From contig RHPI01003116.1 in NCBI GenBank assembly GCA_009103225.1, forward strand, positions 1-64,000: 64,000 nt of DNA, read 5' to 3'. Below, piece by piece: positions 32,627-46,268 of this stretch. The translations under genes were made by a program, and so were the position numbers. Under the pieces are notes generated by a model. It saw nothing but the letters and a program-made list of their open reading frames with translations, was not told where the DNA came from and searched no databases. The stretch's first letter is position 1. Each line of letters starts with the position of its first letter. This DNA is from Chlorokybus atmophyticus. Lineage: Eukaryota; Plantae; Mesostigma and Chlorokybus algae.

Positions 32627-34864
32627 GAGGCTTATTGCCACCGGCAGCAGCAGCAGCAGCAGCAGTCACCATTCTGTTAATACATGTGTATGCGTGTTGT
32701 CCATAGCTGTGTACTACGAGTTTGCCTGCAGCTTTTTGTATTATGAACAGCCTCCTGCGTGTACCATACGAATTGACATTGTTTCCAGCCCATCTGGCAT
32801 TGGGACTTCTTCAAGTACACTAGTATACAAGCAGCATGGTGTATACAGTAGTCGCTTTGCTGCAGCTTGACGACAGCATTGCGCTTGGTGAATGATACCA
32901 AGAACGACAGTGTACCATGTTTCCATGGTGCAAGTCGCGTCTGGCGTGGTTGTAGTCACTCGCAGCATGTGATTGGGAAAACTGGATGTTACAAGCATGG
33001 TGGTTACTCACTGGTACTGATTGTCGAGTGCTTGTGTAAGCAGGGTTGTTACAAGCACGACAGCTGCACTGTATGGCATAGTCTGGTGTAGTCCTCTTCA
33101 CAATGCAAGCCAACGACATGTAGCATTATTAACTGTAGCTAGATGATCACAATAGTGCGCTATCAGCATACATGTTGAAGGTGACCACAATGCTCAATAA
33201 CACCTGCATGATTTGTTAAGCGGTAGTCTGTACTTTGCAGGAACGCATGAAGGCTACATGTCAACTTTGATGTGTGCTTTTGCACATGTGTACATCACAC
33301 TAAGTAAAGCTCAAGCTGTGATTGTGGTCAATGCATGGTTGTCCAGGAGTGGTTGTATAAACAATGCGGACTATATATGCGCGTGCATAATCAACCCATG
33401 ACATCATGATGTCACAAAACATGCATGACACTCACATCACTCTATGCAAAACCACCGGGCTACACCATGCGCTTGTGCGCCTCATGCACAACTACTTACT
33501 CTACATTTATCCATCGCCCCCTTCGTAGTCATGCATGTATAGAGCTGCAAGCTTTAGTACCTGCGCATGCGACTTGGTCAGCGGTCTTGCGGCAGCAGCA
33601 GCGACCACACTAGCAGGACACAGACTCCCCTTCTCTCCCTATCCCCCTCGCCTACACCCTGGCCGCCTTCCGCACTGTCGTTTGCTTTGCAGCTGGCAAC
33701 TGGGGTTAGGGTTAGCACCACCCGTTGACGTTGTAGCGGCCGGGGCCAGAAGCTTCCCGCGACCCTGACACGAATCTTACCAGGGCCCTATTAGGATTAG
33801 TTAGCGAGACTATATAAGAAAACTGTATAGTCAGTTAGACTTCAATTGTAATCTAACTGCTCTTGTTACGTCAGCTGTGCTCTACCGCTATGTATGCACC
33901 GTTCATGTGTGTGTCATCATCCCCACGGTCGTCTCAACGTGCCGCAAAAGTTTAGGGTTCAGTTCATGCGCGGTATAGGCCGCCTGTACCGCGTGCTGCC
34001 CTGTACCGGAACATCGTACAGCGTCGCAGCTCCATGCATTGACCAATTTTGCAACTGCTGTCAAAGCAGTGTTGTTGCATGCGGCGTGATTGCTTTAACT
34101 GTCCAGCCAGCTTGGGTTCCCTCTGCTGGGGCGGCGGCGGCGGCGGCGGCATGGCTGAACCTAAGCAGGCGACAATGTGGCTTGCGCAGCTGGCGGCGGT
34201 GCAGTGGAGGGCTCGATGATAGCGACAGGTGAGGTAGACAGTGGTGGGAGAGCAATGGGTGAGGAGCTGGTGTCAGGCAGCGGTGATGTCAGTAAAAATG
34301 CGCAAAGGTTGTGTTGGCAGAGAGGGTGGTGGCGCAGGTAGCGCAGATCCACATACGTATATCACTGACCTCACCACTTGCGCCACCATGCCCCACGTCC
34401 ACGTAAGCGGCAGTGGCCACGACATCTGCATGAGCTACTACGGAGCCAACGGTGTGCAGACCCTGGATGACACCGCTGTGACGGCAGCGGCGGCGGCGGC
34501 GACGGCAGCAGCGGCAGTAGCGGTATCAGCAGCAGCACCTGCACCATTTTTAGCAGCGGCGGCGAAGCGGCGCCCTCAACATGTAGCTCCTCCCACCCAC
34601 CCTCAGGTGCTGATTTGGGAGCCACCAGTGCGACAGCTGAGCCAGTTGCGCATCTTGGTTGTCCAGCCCAGTAAACGATGATCGGCATTGACTGTTCGGC
34701 AGCATCAGCGGCGGCCATGTCTATTCATCGATTTGTTCAGCATTGCGCACAGCGTGGCTCAGCTGACCGCCCGACTGTGTTGCTCGCCATCTGCGTCCGC
34801 GCGTGACAGAGCTAACACCTATGGCCTCCGCCGACCAGACCGATCACGCCGACCAAGCCGGCCC

Positions 34865-37603
34865 TGTTGAATATATACTTGTATACGGTCAGCTTGCCCT
34901 ATGGATAAGAATAGCCGCGAGAAGATTCAGGCGCGAGAAGGTGCCAGGCAAGGACTTCAGTCGAGAAGGTTCCAGGCGCGGAGTCGAGTCCGGAGTCTGG
35001 AGACTTTCAGGCGCTGTAGAAGAAACGCTGTAGCTCGGTGATTACGTTATTGTATGGCGCGTGTCATAGCTTGTTGGAAAGCTCTTGAAAGTAGCTACAT
35101 GGTGCAACTTGGAGCACAGGACTCGGTTGAGTGTAGAAGTCGTGGTGACTTCTAAAGTAGACAGGTGCAAAACGAGCGGGTATAAAAGCCCGCGGTGTGA
35201 CTTTGTTGTAATCCTTAGAATCCCTTTTTGGACCAGCCTTGTGTGTATGTTCTGGTAGAGTGTGTGCTTGTGCTTGCACCAACTCTATGCATGATCAGTA
35301 GTGTCCAAATCTCAATAGGTTATGGGCCCACGCTACGCTGGTCTAGCAAGTGCCTAGAGGCGTGATAACGGCAGTAGGCTAGGCAAGGAGTTCTAACTGA
35401 GTCTTGTGAGGTTGGGTTGAGTCCTGGAAGATGGCAACCGACTACGACAAGGTGACCGTGGAGCCTTTGGACGTGGACAACTACAACACATGTAGCGTGC
35501 GCATGAAGATGTTGCTGGTGCACAAAGACCTATGGGAGTACGTGGAGACGGAGGAAGCGGATCCCGTGAGGCAGAGCATGGTGTGGAAGCAACAAAGTGG
35601 GAGAGCGCTTGCCCTGATCGGCCTCAACGTGAAGGACCATCACTTGGTGTTGGTGGACGGCTGCAAGACGGCACGGGAAGCTTGGGAAAAGTTGGCATCG
35701 CACTTCAAGACGAAGAATAGCGCAAGGAAGGTGCAGCTGAAGAGAGAGCTTGCTGGGTTGAAGAAGCAAGGAGCAGCGGAGCTTGTTACCAAGTATGTGC
35801 CGCGTGCACGAGAGTTGCAGAAGGACCTCCAAGGCGTTGGCTATGAGGTGAAAGAGTCCGAGTTGGTGCGGTAAGTACTGTCTGGGTTGCGTGAAGGCTA
35901 TGACACGGTGATCACGGTCTTGGAGGGCTCGGAGGCAGAACCCACGGTGGACGAGGTGGTTTTAAGATTGCTGCAGGTGGAGTCAAGGCTAGCGAAGAAG
36001 CTTGAGGAAAGCCCGGAAGCAACGGCTTTCGCAGCGACTTTAGGAAGAGATGCTGATCGTTTTCAGCATGGGTCTCAGCATTTCAGTGGTGATGGTGGCG
36101 GTGGTAGTGGTGGTGGAGCGTCAAAAAGTGACAGGGTCTGCTACTATTGCGGGAAGAAGGGCCACATTATGGTGCATTGCTCGATGAGGAAGCAGCACGA
36201 AGAGGAGCGTGGTGGAGAGAAGCATCATGCCATGACGGGACATGTTCAAGAGACGCATATTGCCTTTCATGCAACAACGGATGGTGAGGCCGCTGGTTGG
36301 GTGCTGGACTCGGGTTGCATGAGGCATATGAAGGGTGATCGTGAGAAGCTGGCGAAGTACAAGGTCTTAGAGAAGCCAATCAAGGTGAAGTTTGGCAAGA
36401 CGGAGGTGCTCGCAGTTGGTGTAGGAGAAGTGAAGATCCTATCTTAGGTTGGAGGAAGGACGAGGCAAGTGTTGTTGAGAGAGGTGCTGTATGTCCCAGG
36501 GCTAGAGGCAAGCCTATTCTCTGTGCGCATCGCGGCGAGAGTTGGTGCTGTGACAGTGTTTAGTGGGGACATAAGAAGGGTTGCGCTGCGTGGTGTCACA
36601 GAGTTGGTTGGCATCAATGTTGGAGGGCTCTATATCAACAAGGAGGTCAAGGGTGCGGAGATGCACGAGAAGACCAAGGTGGAGGTGTCCAAGTCAGCAC
36701 CGGATGTGAAGAAGATGAAGAAGAAGGCGCATGTTGTGCCTGTTGCTGAAAAGGGAGCGGGAGCTCAAGTGATGGTGACTAAGAGCGCGTCACATGCAAG
36801 TAGTGGAGTGATTCCACGTGTGGAGGTTGCTGATGGTGTCAAGAAGGCTGAAGATGCAATCCCCGGAGCCCGTGGGAGCTGAAGCAGGCGTTAGCATCAG
36901 CAAGGACAAGAAGGAGGAGCATGGTGGTGGTGTTGTGCAGGACGTTGCCAAGAGTGAGCACGTGGGAGCACATGCAAATGACTATGAGAGTTGCAACAAT
37001 GGTGTGCAAGTGAAGAGCTTCAAGGAGGCGCTCATGAGACGTGCGGTGTCTTCATGATGATTGGAAGAGCAAAGGATGGCATGGGAGTTCGTCGCGCATA
37101 AGTACGCAAGGAGTTGGCATTGGAGGTGTTAAAGGCCAAGCTGCCCACATGGGAGTGTTGAGGATATTCTTGTATGCGGTCAGCTTGCCATGTGGATAAG
37201 AATAGCCGCGAGAAGATTCAGGCGCGAGAAGGTGCCAGTCGAAAAGGTGCCAGGCGAGGACTTCAATCGAGATGGTTCTAAGCGCGGAGTCGAGTCCAGA
37301 GTTTGGAGACTTGCAGGCGCTGTAGAAGAAACGTTGTAGCTTGGTGGTTACATTATTGTGTGGCGCTTGTTGGAAAGCTCTTAAAAGTAGCTGCATGGTG
37401 CAACTTAAAGCGCAGGAATTGGTTGAGTGTAGAAGTCGTGGTGACTTTTTGAGTAGACAGGGGCAGAACTGGCGGGTATAAAAGCCTGCGCTGTGACTTT
37501 GTCGTAATCCTTTTTGGATCAGCCTTGTGTGTATGCTCTGGTAGGATGTGTGCTTGTGCTTGCACCAACTCCATGCATGATCAGTAGTGTCCAAATCTCA
37601 ACA
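34865..37603 (+). mobile_element. Ty1/Copia LTR retrotransposon, internally deleted (Gag + protease; integrase/RT largely missing)
   Basis: LTRs 34865-35317 and 37156-37603 (TGTTGA...TCAA(T/C)A), GGCCC TSD on both sides, PBS GGTTATGGGCCC at 35318. Gag from 35431 with zinc knuckle CYYCGKKGHIMVHC. Protease WVLDSGCMRH. In-frame stops at ~35874 and ~36447. Confidence 0.93.
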
Positions 37604-39734
37604 GGCCCAGCCGGCTAAGCTGGCAAAGCTGCGCTGGCAGTTTCGGCGGCGGCGCTAGAGGCGTCAGCACCGACCTGGCTGCATCTCGCTGTCCCGCCAC
37701 GCCTGGCATTAAAACACAAGAGCCCGCGCCAGCATCACTCCCGGTCACAGGCGTTACGAGCGTCTACTACGACACACAGCACCAGTTGGCGGCGCCGGCG
37801 GCGCCCGCAGCTAGCGAAGAGGCGACGGCGGGCGCATACACGGCAGCAGCAGCACGGGCAACAGCAGCCCGGACGCGGCCGCTTGCCAGGCGAAGATGTC
37901 GTAGAGGCATAAGTACAGAGATTACCCATCAACTGACACCTGTCATTCACTAATCGCGGAGACTCGTGGCACTTTGGGTGCGGCGTTTGACGAGGTGTAA
38001 ACGCTCTGCGCTGCTCGCACAATGGCCGCACGTGATGACTTGCAGGCGAAACGGCTTGCGGCATTCCTGATGTTCTGTAAGCAGCGTGTCACAGCCCACT
38101 CGACCACAAAAGACTTGGTGCTTTTATGGTCGATTTGTGGTAATTTAATGTACCTTCCCGTTACACAGCGAGTGGCGTGCACATTTCAGCGCGCACAAGG
38201 TCCGACGGTGCTGAGCAGTAGTGCGGCAATTGCAGCAGCTGTGCGGGGGTGGACGGGCGCTCACAATATCGCACCCATCTGCCGAGGAGGACGCCCTCCT
38301 CGCAACGGCGGCGTAATCATGTTGCTGTGTGCCTACAAATGTTGGGGCATGACCCTTGGTACATAATTGTATGCTACCTGTCACTTTTTTAATACAAAAA
38401 GAATTTGAGGCATCCATTTGGATGCATCTTGTATTATGTTACTTACATCAAGGATAGATGCATCTAGTCTTTGTTAAGTGCATCTACCTGTTACTCAAAT
38501 ATTTGTCACGCGTAAAAGGCAAGGCATAATCACTCTTAGTCTGCTATGTTGACAGCATGATTGCATGAGAGTTACAACGGCTTGGGTGGGTGCAATACCC
38601 AAATGGTTCGCTCATACAGTAAGTCTTTTAGCTCGTGAGCCTTGGGCATGATAAACCATACAATGCATTGATAAGCAGTCTGTAAAGAGCTGGTCAGTGT
38701 GCAATGCTGACGCATCTGTTCAGGACTTGTCGCAGACTGATGCTCAACCAATTGAGAAGGTGTTGGACAGTCAAGAAGGCATGGTTATCAAAGGGCCTAA
38801 CCCTGATGAAGGGAACCATACTAACCGGTCAACGAGCACAACTATGGAAGTTGATGCACCTGATATGCTGGAGCGATTGTCTCAAGCATACTCAAGAGAT
38901 CCCTGGTTCTTTAGCTTGCTGAAACAAGCAAATGCGGACTCAGTGTGCCGCAATGGTTTATGGTATATACCACTGAAAACCGGTTGTGCCTGACATGCTG
39001 AACCTACAAGAAGACTGCATGTATAAAGCACACAATGCTGTGTACAGCGGGCTCATGGGCATGAAGAAGACCATCAACTCGCTGGAGTGCTTGTACTGGT
39101 GGCCCAGCGGGGCAGCTGATGGAGCAAGGTATATTCGTGACATTTATTAGCGCAACAAGGCCTCGCGCATTAAGCCCGTAAGTCTGCTGAAGCCACTTAA
39201 AATACAAAAGTAGTGGCAAAGTGTGAGTATGGGTCTGATTATTGACTTGCTTGTAACAACGAAAAGACGCAGCGCTGTCATTTTCTTTGTTGTGACCGCT
39301 TAACCAAGAAGGTAAGGTTAGAACATTGCTGCGCTGACATTGATGCACGTGACTTTGCGTTCTGTTTGTTGATACCGTGTTCAAGTTTCACGGGGTGCCA
39401 CAAGCGTTGGTGTAAAATATAGACCTGAAGTTTGTTAGTAAGTTTGGGCAAGCTGCGTGCGAGTACATGGGCACGAAGCAGAGCCTAAGTACCTACCATC
39501 CTCAATCTGATGGTCAAATGGAGAGGGTGAACCAAGTGTTGGAAGATGTGCTGCGCAACTACACTTCTCTAAGGTATGACAGCTGGGATGAGTACTTGCC
39601 TTTAGCAGAGCTTGCTTTCAACAATGCCTGGCATGAGATCCACACAATTACGTTCATTTCTTGGCAACGCCTCTTCCGTTGGACCCGCAATGGCTTTGAA
39701 AGTCCAAGCACTTAAGAGGGTTACTCAGTTTACC

Positions 39735-42700
39735 CACACGACTTGACGTTCAAGGACCATGTATGGTCCTTCCACAGACCCGCGGCCACACATGGTCCGT
39801 GCCCCGCGGACCATGAGTGCTTGGCCCGCGGGGGACGGACCAAGAGCTATGGTCCTTTCGGAGCCCCGAATCCTGGCGCGCAGTTTCGCACCAGATGGTC
39901 CTGTTGGTGCAACGTGCCGCGTGACTCCGAACCATACACGCTCCGCGGCCAGACCAATCTTGTCCCTGGTTCGACTGTCAATAAGGGAAACCGCGACGGA
40001 CAAAACTTGTATGGACCATGCCCGGTGCGTTGCGCCGTGGAGGCACCGTGCATGCTTGTGTTAGGGTTTGTACCTATATATCCGCTGACTCAGCAGATGA
40101 GTACAAGCAGGCCGTACACGTCAGCAGAATTTAGCACGAAGACTTGTCACCTCTCTGAGCCCTGCACAAGCTCGGCAGCTCCAGAGCAATGCAGGACTGT
40201 TGTTGCTCATGGCGGCGGCGTTGGTTCTGTGGTTACTTATCTGAGCATCAACTTCATCTTCTCTTCGCTAGTACAGCCAGCGGTCATTGTTTGTGCAAGC
40301 ACAAGTACATGCAGCAGCGCTGCAGAACGCACCAGCGCGTATACGGCAGCAGCTGCCACCGTTGTTTTGCTAATTGTCATTTTAATCCTTGGCTTTTGGT
40401 TGTCTTTGACGGACTCGTTTACCCGATATTAGCATTGTTATGATTTTTATGGAGTATGTTGTTAACTTGGCACTTGTGCTTATGACTGCAGCTGATTCTG
40501 TTGCACAACAGCAGGATCAACACTAGAAGCTGCGGCAACATACGCACCAGCTAAAAACGTCGTTGCAGCAGGTATAGCTGCACTGTGAACAAGCTTTGAC
40601 TGCCTATTGAGATTAACCAACAGTCCTCGACTATCGGCCAACCCTCAGAGGTTACCTGACAGTCGAGGACTGTCGGTTTACAGCCAGTTACATACATAGG
40701 TCAAAGCACAATTGCATGCACGCACGCATACTCATACAAGAGCTCAAATGTGCAGGTGTTTACACATGATTGTTGATGATATTGATGGGGAACAAGTAGC
40801 AGACATGCACCACCCTACGCGGATTGCAAGTGAGCACTATTTTCTGAGGTGGGTGTGTGTGGGTGTGTGTGCGCGTGTGCGCGCGTGTATGTGTGTGGCA
40901 CACTCAGGCACGCACGCATGCATGTTTCACACATGAAGGCACATGAGCATACAAGCGCATGCTCAAGCAAGCACATGCCTACAGATATGAATGCATTTGC
41001 ATACACGTGCATGCGAAAGCCGCGCAGACTACCCAATGCTGAGCTGCAAGCAAAGCAACGTCCCATCATCACTTGTGATGACCCTTTGGCCGAACAAGCA
41101 ACCAAGTAAGCTGTCTTGCAGCCATGTGTCGACAGCCCCCCCNNNNNNNNNNNNNNNNNNNNNNNNNNNNNNNNNNNNNNNNNNNNNNNNNNNNNNNNNN
41201 NNNNNNNNNNNNNNNNNNNNNNNNNNNNNNNNNNNNNNNNNNNNNNNNNNNNNNNNNNNNNNNNNNNNNNNNNNNNNNNNNNNNNNNNNNNNNNNNNNNN
41301 NNNNNNNNNNNNNNNNNNNNNNNNNNNNNNNNNNNNNNNNNNNNNNNNNNNNNNNNNNNNNNNNNNNNNNNNNNNNNNNNNNNNNNNNNNNNNNNNNNNN
41401 NNNNNNNNNNNNNNNNNNNNNNNNNNNNNNNNNNNNNNNNNNNNNNNNNNNNNNNNNNNNNNNNNNNNNNNNNNNNNNNNNNNNNNNNNNNNNNNNNNNN
41501 NNNNNNNNNNCCCCCCCCCCCCCCCCCCCCCCCCCCCTGCGCACCCAAAATGCACAAATGCAACATATGCACAGTGCTGCTCATTGAAGTGAACAGTGTT
41601 GCTGATCCGCAAGCACACATACCCACACATGCACAACTGCTTTATGCAGCAGTCTCGCATCCACAAGCACACATACTCTTACGCACAATAACGCGCGTGC
41701 ATACAGACAACGTCAGTCGCACCTTGCGCACACACGCATATGCACTCACTTTGTCAGTTGCACATGCGGAATGGCATGTACACACGCGTGCAGGCCTTGC
41801 AATACTACATCTATGACTGCCGCTTCTGCCCTTTATGGACAGTCGGGCTCTTGTAGGGCACACAAACCCGCACCGGTGGGGGGGCGGTCTCTCTCTCGCT
41901 CTGCTAGACTTCACGATCAGCTGCAACAACATCAACAGGTGCATATATACATGTGTGGTTTGCGTGCGCGTGTGTTCGTGTGTTACGCGAATGCCTATCA
42001 TTAATTAGCTTGCGTAGTGACAACCGAGGGCTGTGGGAAGGGCTATCCTGCCGATAGCCCTCTGCTGTGCTGTGATAATGCGCGACTGTCAGCTAGCCGC
42101 CAACAGTCCTTTTGAGCCCTCCGCCAAGGGCGGTCAAAAAGACTGTTGGCTGCTGACAGCCGAGGACTGTCAATTGGCCAACCATCCAACATTCCATAAA
42201 AAGTCAAACAACTGCCAGGTGCACCCACACACTTACTTGCTAACACCCATATGCAAGCTTTGCACACGTGTATGTGAGGGTCAACTTGACTGTTCAGTAG
42301 CCCATGTAGTTGGTCAAACACATGCCAGATCACGCGGACAGATACTCAATTGCGCGCGTGCAGGATGTGCATCTCTGCAGCACCGCTGCAAACAGTTTGT
42401 AGCAGCTCAAGTGGTATTTGTGGCTTGCTCGCCGGTCAGCTGTGGAGTTGGGCCACATTTCTCTCACCGCCAGCAAAGTGCAATGGTCTGCTCTCTATCT
42501 TTCATGCATAGTCGCAATGCACAGCTCTACAGATGCATGCATGCACATGCACACGAACAAGCATGCACAGTCGCACATCAATGCACGGCTCTGCAGGCGC
42601 ATGCGCGTGCGCACGCATGCATACACATGCATATACTCCTGCATTGTAACACTGACATGTGCGCAGATCCAGCAAGTTGAATGATGACACAAGCTTGGAG

Positions 42701-44298
42701 TTTAGAGGATGGGGTTGTAGTGTAGATAGCCTTAATAGGCATAGCGCGTTGTGTCTTCTATAGCTGGTTGTATACAATCAAATGCAGATGCATTTCCGAT
42801 CATGGTCTCGCATATGCAATGGTTGGTGCGGACCAGACCTAATCTGATCCGCATGCATATTTTCACATGCATGGACCAGCCTTGGTCCATGTCACAAGTA
42901 CAATTCGGACCATACATGGTCCACACATGTTGACTCACATGCATGCACCAACTTAATGCATGCATGGACCCAGGCTTGGTCCATGTTTGCATAAAATATT
43001 GGACCACACATGGTCCCGACAACTTCATGAAGTCATGCACCATGCCTGGTGTGTCCCAGCGGACATGGGTGTCATGTGCGTGCGTGTCGGTGGCGAAACG
43101 CGTTGGTTATGAAGGCTTTCATGGTCATGTTTCATGAGTTGGAGCTGAGTTACGGTCAGCACATCGAGGTGTAACTCAATTACGCTGGTAGGACTCACAT
43201 GTCACCGAAAATCGCTAGTTGTGACTGAGTTGGAAGTTGTAAGATGGTTATGGCAGCGAAAGTGGTTAAAACGGTTGTAAAGACATGGTAGGAGAATATG
43301 TAAGTGTCCGTGACTTGTGTTGCAGCTAGTTGAGCGCAAGTCCCTTGTTCTATTGGGAGCATACAGCTACTTGGAGAGGCTTCAAAACTTGGTTGTGTGC
43401 TTGCCTTGAGTGTGCACGTGCTTGGATATGCTTGTGCGAAGTGTATGAGCGTGTGTCACACGTTGGGAATGGACTTAGCCTCATCTCCCCGTGCATCACA
43501 TGCCAATTGCAAGTATAGAAGCCCGTGCTTGAGTCTAGGTTGGCTAAGACACGCGCTTGTTACTTGCGCTCAACTTCTCGCGCCGACAGTTGGAGGAGGG
43601 GTTGAGGCCGTGTTTGCAGTGACATTGAGCCCGTACAGATTTAGTTGTCTGCACATGGTGGAGCGCAAACCACTCTTGGTGTGCATTGCCTTATCACCGA
43701 GGGGGGGGAGCTGCGATGTATTACTAGGGCAGGAGTTCTTGTATCCAGTGGGAGAGTGGACAACTGGTTGGAGCAGGGCTTTTTCAGACCGGGATGGGAG
43801 CATGGTAATGGTGAGAAGGCGTTCTTCCCGTTGCAAGTGAAAGAGGTTGAGAAGGCTCGCGAGGGGGTGGACGGATGCAATGATGCGTGTGGGTAAAGGC
43901 GAGTGAGGGGGTCAGCTGGCATTCTCGGAATGTGAACACCAGCTGAAGGGGGTGTGATGCGCGCTTGTTGTGAGTGTCGTATCATGTGTGTGAGTATGTA
44001 CACTAGTGGGGCATCTTGAGGAGGATTCCAAGCTAGCATACATGCATGGAGGAACCTATAACATGTGAAGATGAAGAAGGTGCAGCATCATGAGGCTATG
44101 ACGAGCTGGTGGACGACGTCATTAAGCAACAACGGGATATGGCATGACATGGGCTTCTTTGCCGTGATATTTGGACCATGCATGGTCCATCTGTCCATGA
44201 AAGCTGGACCATGCATGGTCCTGCTATTTCGCTTGGCAAGGGGAAATCCTGATCCTGCGTCACTGACCATTTATGGTCCTTGAACGTCAAGTGGTGTG
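39735..44298. mobile_element. Non-autonomous CACTA/CMC-like TIR element with palindromic subterminal repeats
   Basis: TIR CACAC(G/C)ACTTGACGTTCAAGGACCAT at both ends, flanked by ACC / ACT (3-bp TSD with one mismatch). Many GGACCAT..ATGGTCC palindromes at 39758-40020, 42870-43020 and 44170-44280. Removing it rejoins the Gypsy integrase (TQF-TAAKNTAD..YADKHR). Confidence 0.8.
41143..41510. other. Assembly gap (N)
   Basis: Run of n characters flanked by poly-C. Confidence 0.99.
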
Positions 44299-45964
44299 AC
44301 TGCTGCTAAGAACACTGCTGACATGCATTCATGTTTAAAGCATGCTAAGCTGTGCATGAGGGCTGCATAAGTCAGGGCTAAGATGTATGCTGATAAGCAT
44401 CGAAAGCCTGGTAAGGGTCTTAGGGTTGGGGACTACGTGCTTTCGAGTTCAAAGAATGTGATGCTTAAGACAGCAGCCCCTCGCAAGTTGTTGCCGAGAT
44501 GGTTGGACCATGCGAGGTAACCACAGCTATTGGCAACAGAGCCGTTTGCATGAAACTGCCTGCATTCATCAGAATATTTGATGTGTTCCATGTGTTACTG
44601 CTAAGATACAGAGGTGATGGTGCAGTGAATCCTCCTCCTCCAATTGAGGTTGAAGGTGAAAAAGAGTATGAGGTTGAGGCCATGCTTGGCAAGCGGTTCA
44701 GAAAGTACAAAAACACCTATTGAACAGAGTACTTGATCAAGTGCCACTTAGTATATGTAACCATAACCATGCGGCATGGTTATGGTGGGTAGCTTAACCT
44801 CTGGGAGCCCAAAGCTAACATGTCCAACTGTGGACATGATAGCAGGGTTTGAACTTAAATTCCCAGGGGCCGCTTAAAGGAGCAACACGCAGTGCTCTGC
44901 TCAATACTGTCATACACGTGCACATGTTGACGATGAACTCTTCTGTGACTTCCATCAACACGAGCTCAGTGTACAATGGTTGGTTGCTCCCATGATGTGT
45001 GAATTCTCACACGTGGAGCATAGAGGCTACAGTAGGATTGGCCATCCCGGTTTAGCAGGCGCTGTCACAGCGCCTGCTAAACCGGGATGGCCAATCCTGC
45101 GCACGGTGCGGGTCATGACCCAACCTATTGCAACGGGATGTTGCAAATCAAATGGGGAGGAATGTCACACCTAACATGCAAGGCATGATTACTCTCAGGC
45201 TGCTATGTTGACAGCATGAACGTGTGGGAGTTCAACTGCTTGGGTAGGTGCAGTACCCAAATGGTCCGCTCATACAGTAAATCCTTGAGCTCATGAGCCT
45301 TATGCATGGTAACTTGTACAATGCATTGATAAGCAGCTTGCACAGAGCTGGTCAATGTGCATATGCATGCATAAGCATGCATGCCATCAGTTAGTCAGGG
45401 TTGGCTTTCAAAGGTCCTGTGTGGCCCGTTTTGCCAAGAGACTCTTATTTGTCAGCACAGGATGGGCAAAAAGGCTTTTCAGCTCACATGTGGCCAAGTT
45501 GGAAGGCAACAAGGAGCAGTATTAACGTCTAGACTAGCATGGTGTTGGGGGTTTAGTTGGACTCAACCTTGTGCTTACTTGTTGTGTGTATGGGGTGCTT
45601 GGCTAGCCTATTCAAGGGGCCTTCCTTATACTCCCGTGTGGGGCGTTTCCGAGCGGTTTAACTAGAGTTATTGTGCTGTAATTCGGGGTTAACGCCTCGT
45701 ACTAAAGAAGAGGCGCCTACCTAGGGATATAGGGGTGGTTTTACCTGGTAGTTGGCGTTTGCATTACAAGAGAGGCGCCTAGCTACAGTTTTGGGTTGTA
45801 TTTTGTAGTTGGTGCCTGTGTTAAAGAAGAGGCGCCTCCCACTTCCTGCTACCAATGGTGGTGTTGTTGGTGGTTTTCTTCGATTGCCCGTTCAACCCCT
45901 GCCTAGCTGGTTCTGCCCTTGTGCATTGCTTAGTGTGCATCAATGTGCACGCCGTAGCTTTACA

Positions 45965-46268
<304 letters not shown>

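Larger units (their letters stand above)
38504..45162 (+). mobile_element. Degenerate chromovirus-type Ty3/Gypsy relic (copy 1): truncated 5' LTR, integrase fragments, chromodomain
   Basis: The LTR start TGTCACGCG.. at 38504 aligns with TGTCACACC.. at 45163. Integrase HPQSDGQMERVNQVLEDVLRNY (39490-39560). The C-terminal part resumes after the 39735-44298 insertion and ends in a chromodomain-like EYEVEAML..EYLIK..WEP (44660-44810). PPT AAATGGGGAGGAA directly before 45163. Confidence 0.8.

Noticed and set aside
33700-33716. TTAGGG/telomere-like motifs here, at ~6465-6478 and at ~7979-7987
   Set aside because: Only one or two units each, not an interstitial telomeric array.
33730-33872. Possible short solo LTR (TG...CA, TATA-like TATATAAG)
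   Set aside because: No matching target-site duplication for either candidate boundary.
34100-38366. GC-rich ORF fragments flanking the Copia insertion (34241-34681, 38022-38366)
   Set aside because: Possibly a disrupted gene, but there is no identifiable domain or coherent exon chain.
45700-45840. Three short AAGA(A)GAGGCGCCT repeats with spacers (CRISPR-like spacing)
   Set aside because: Eukaryotic LTR-internal repeats, short and degenerate, with no cas genes.
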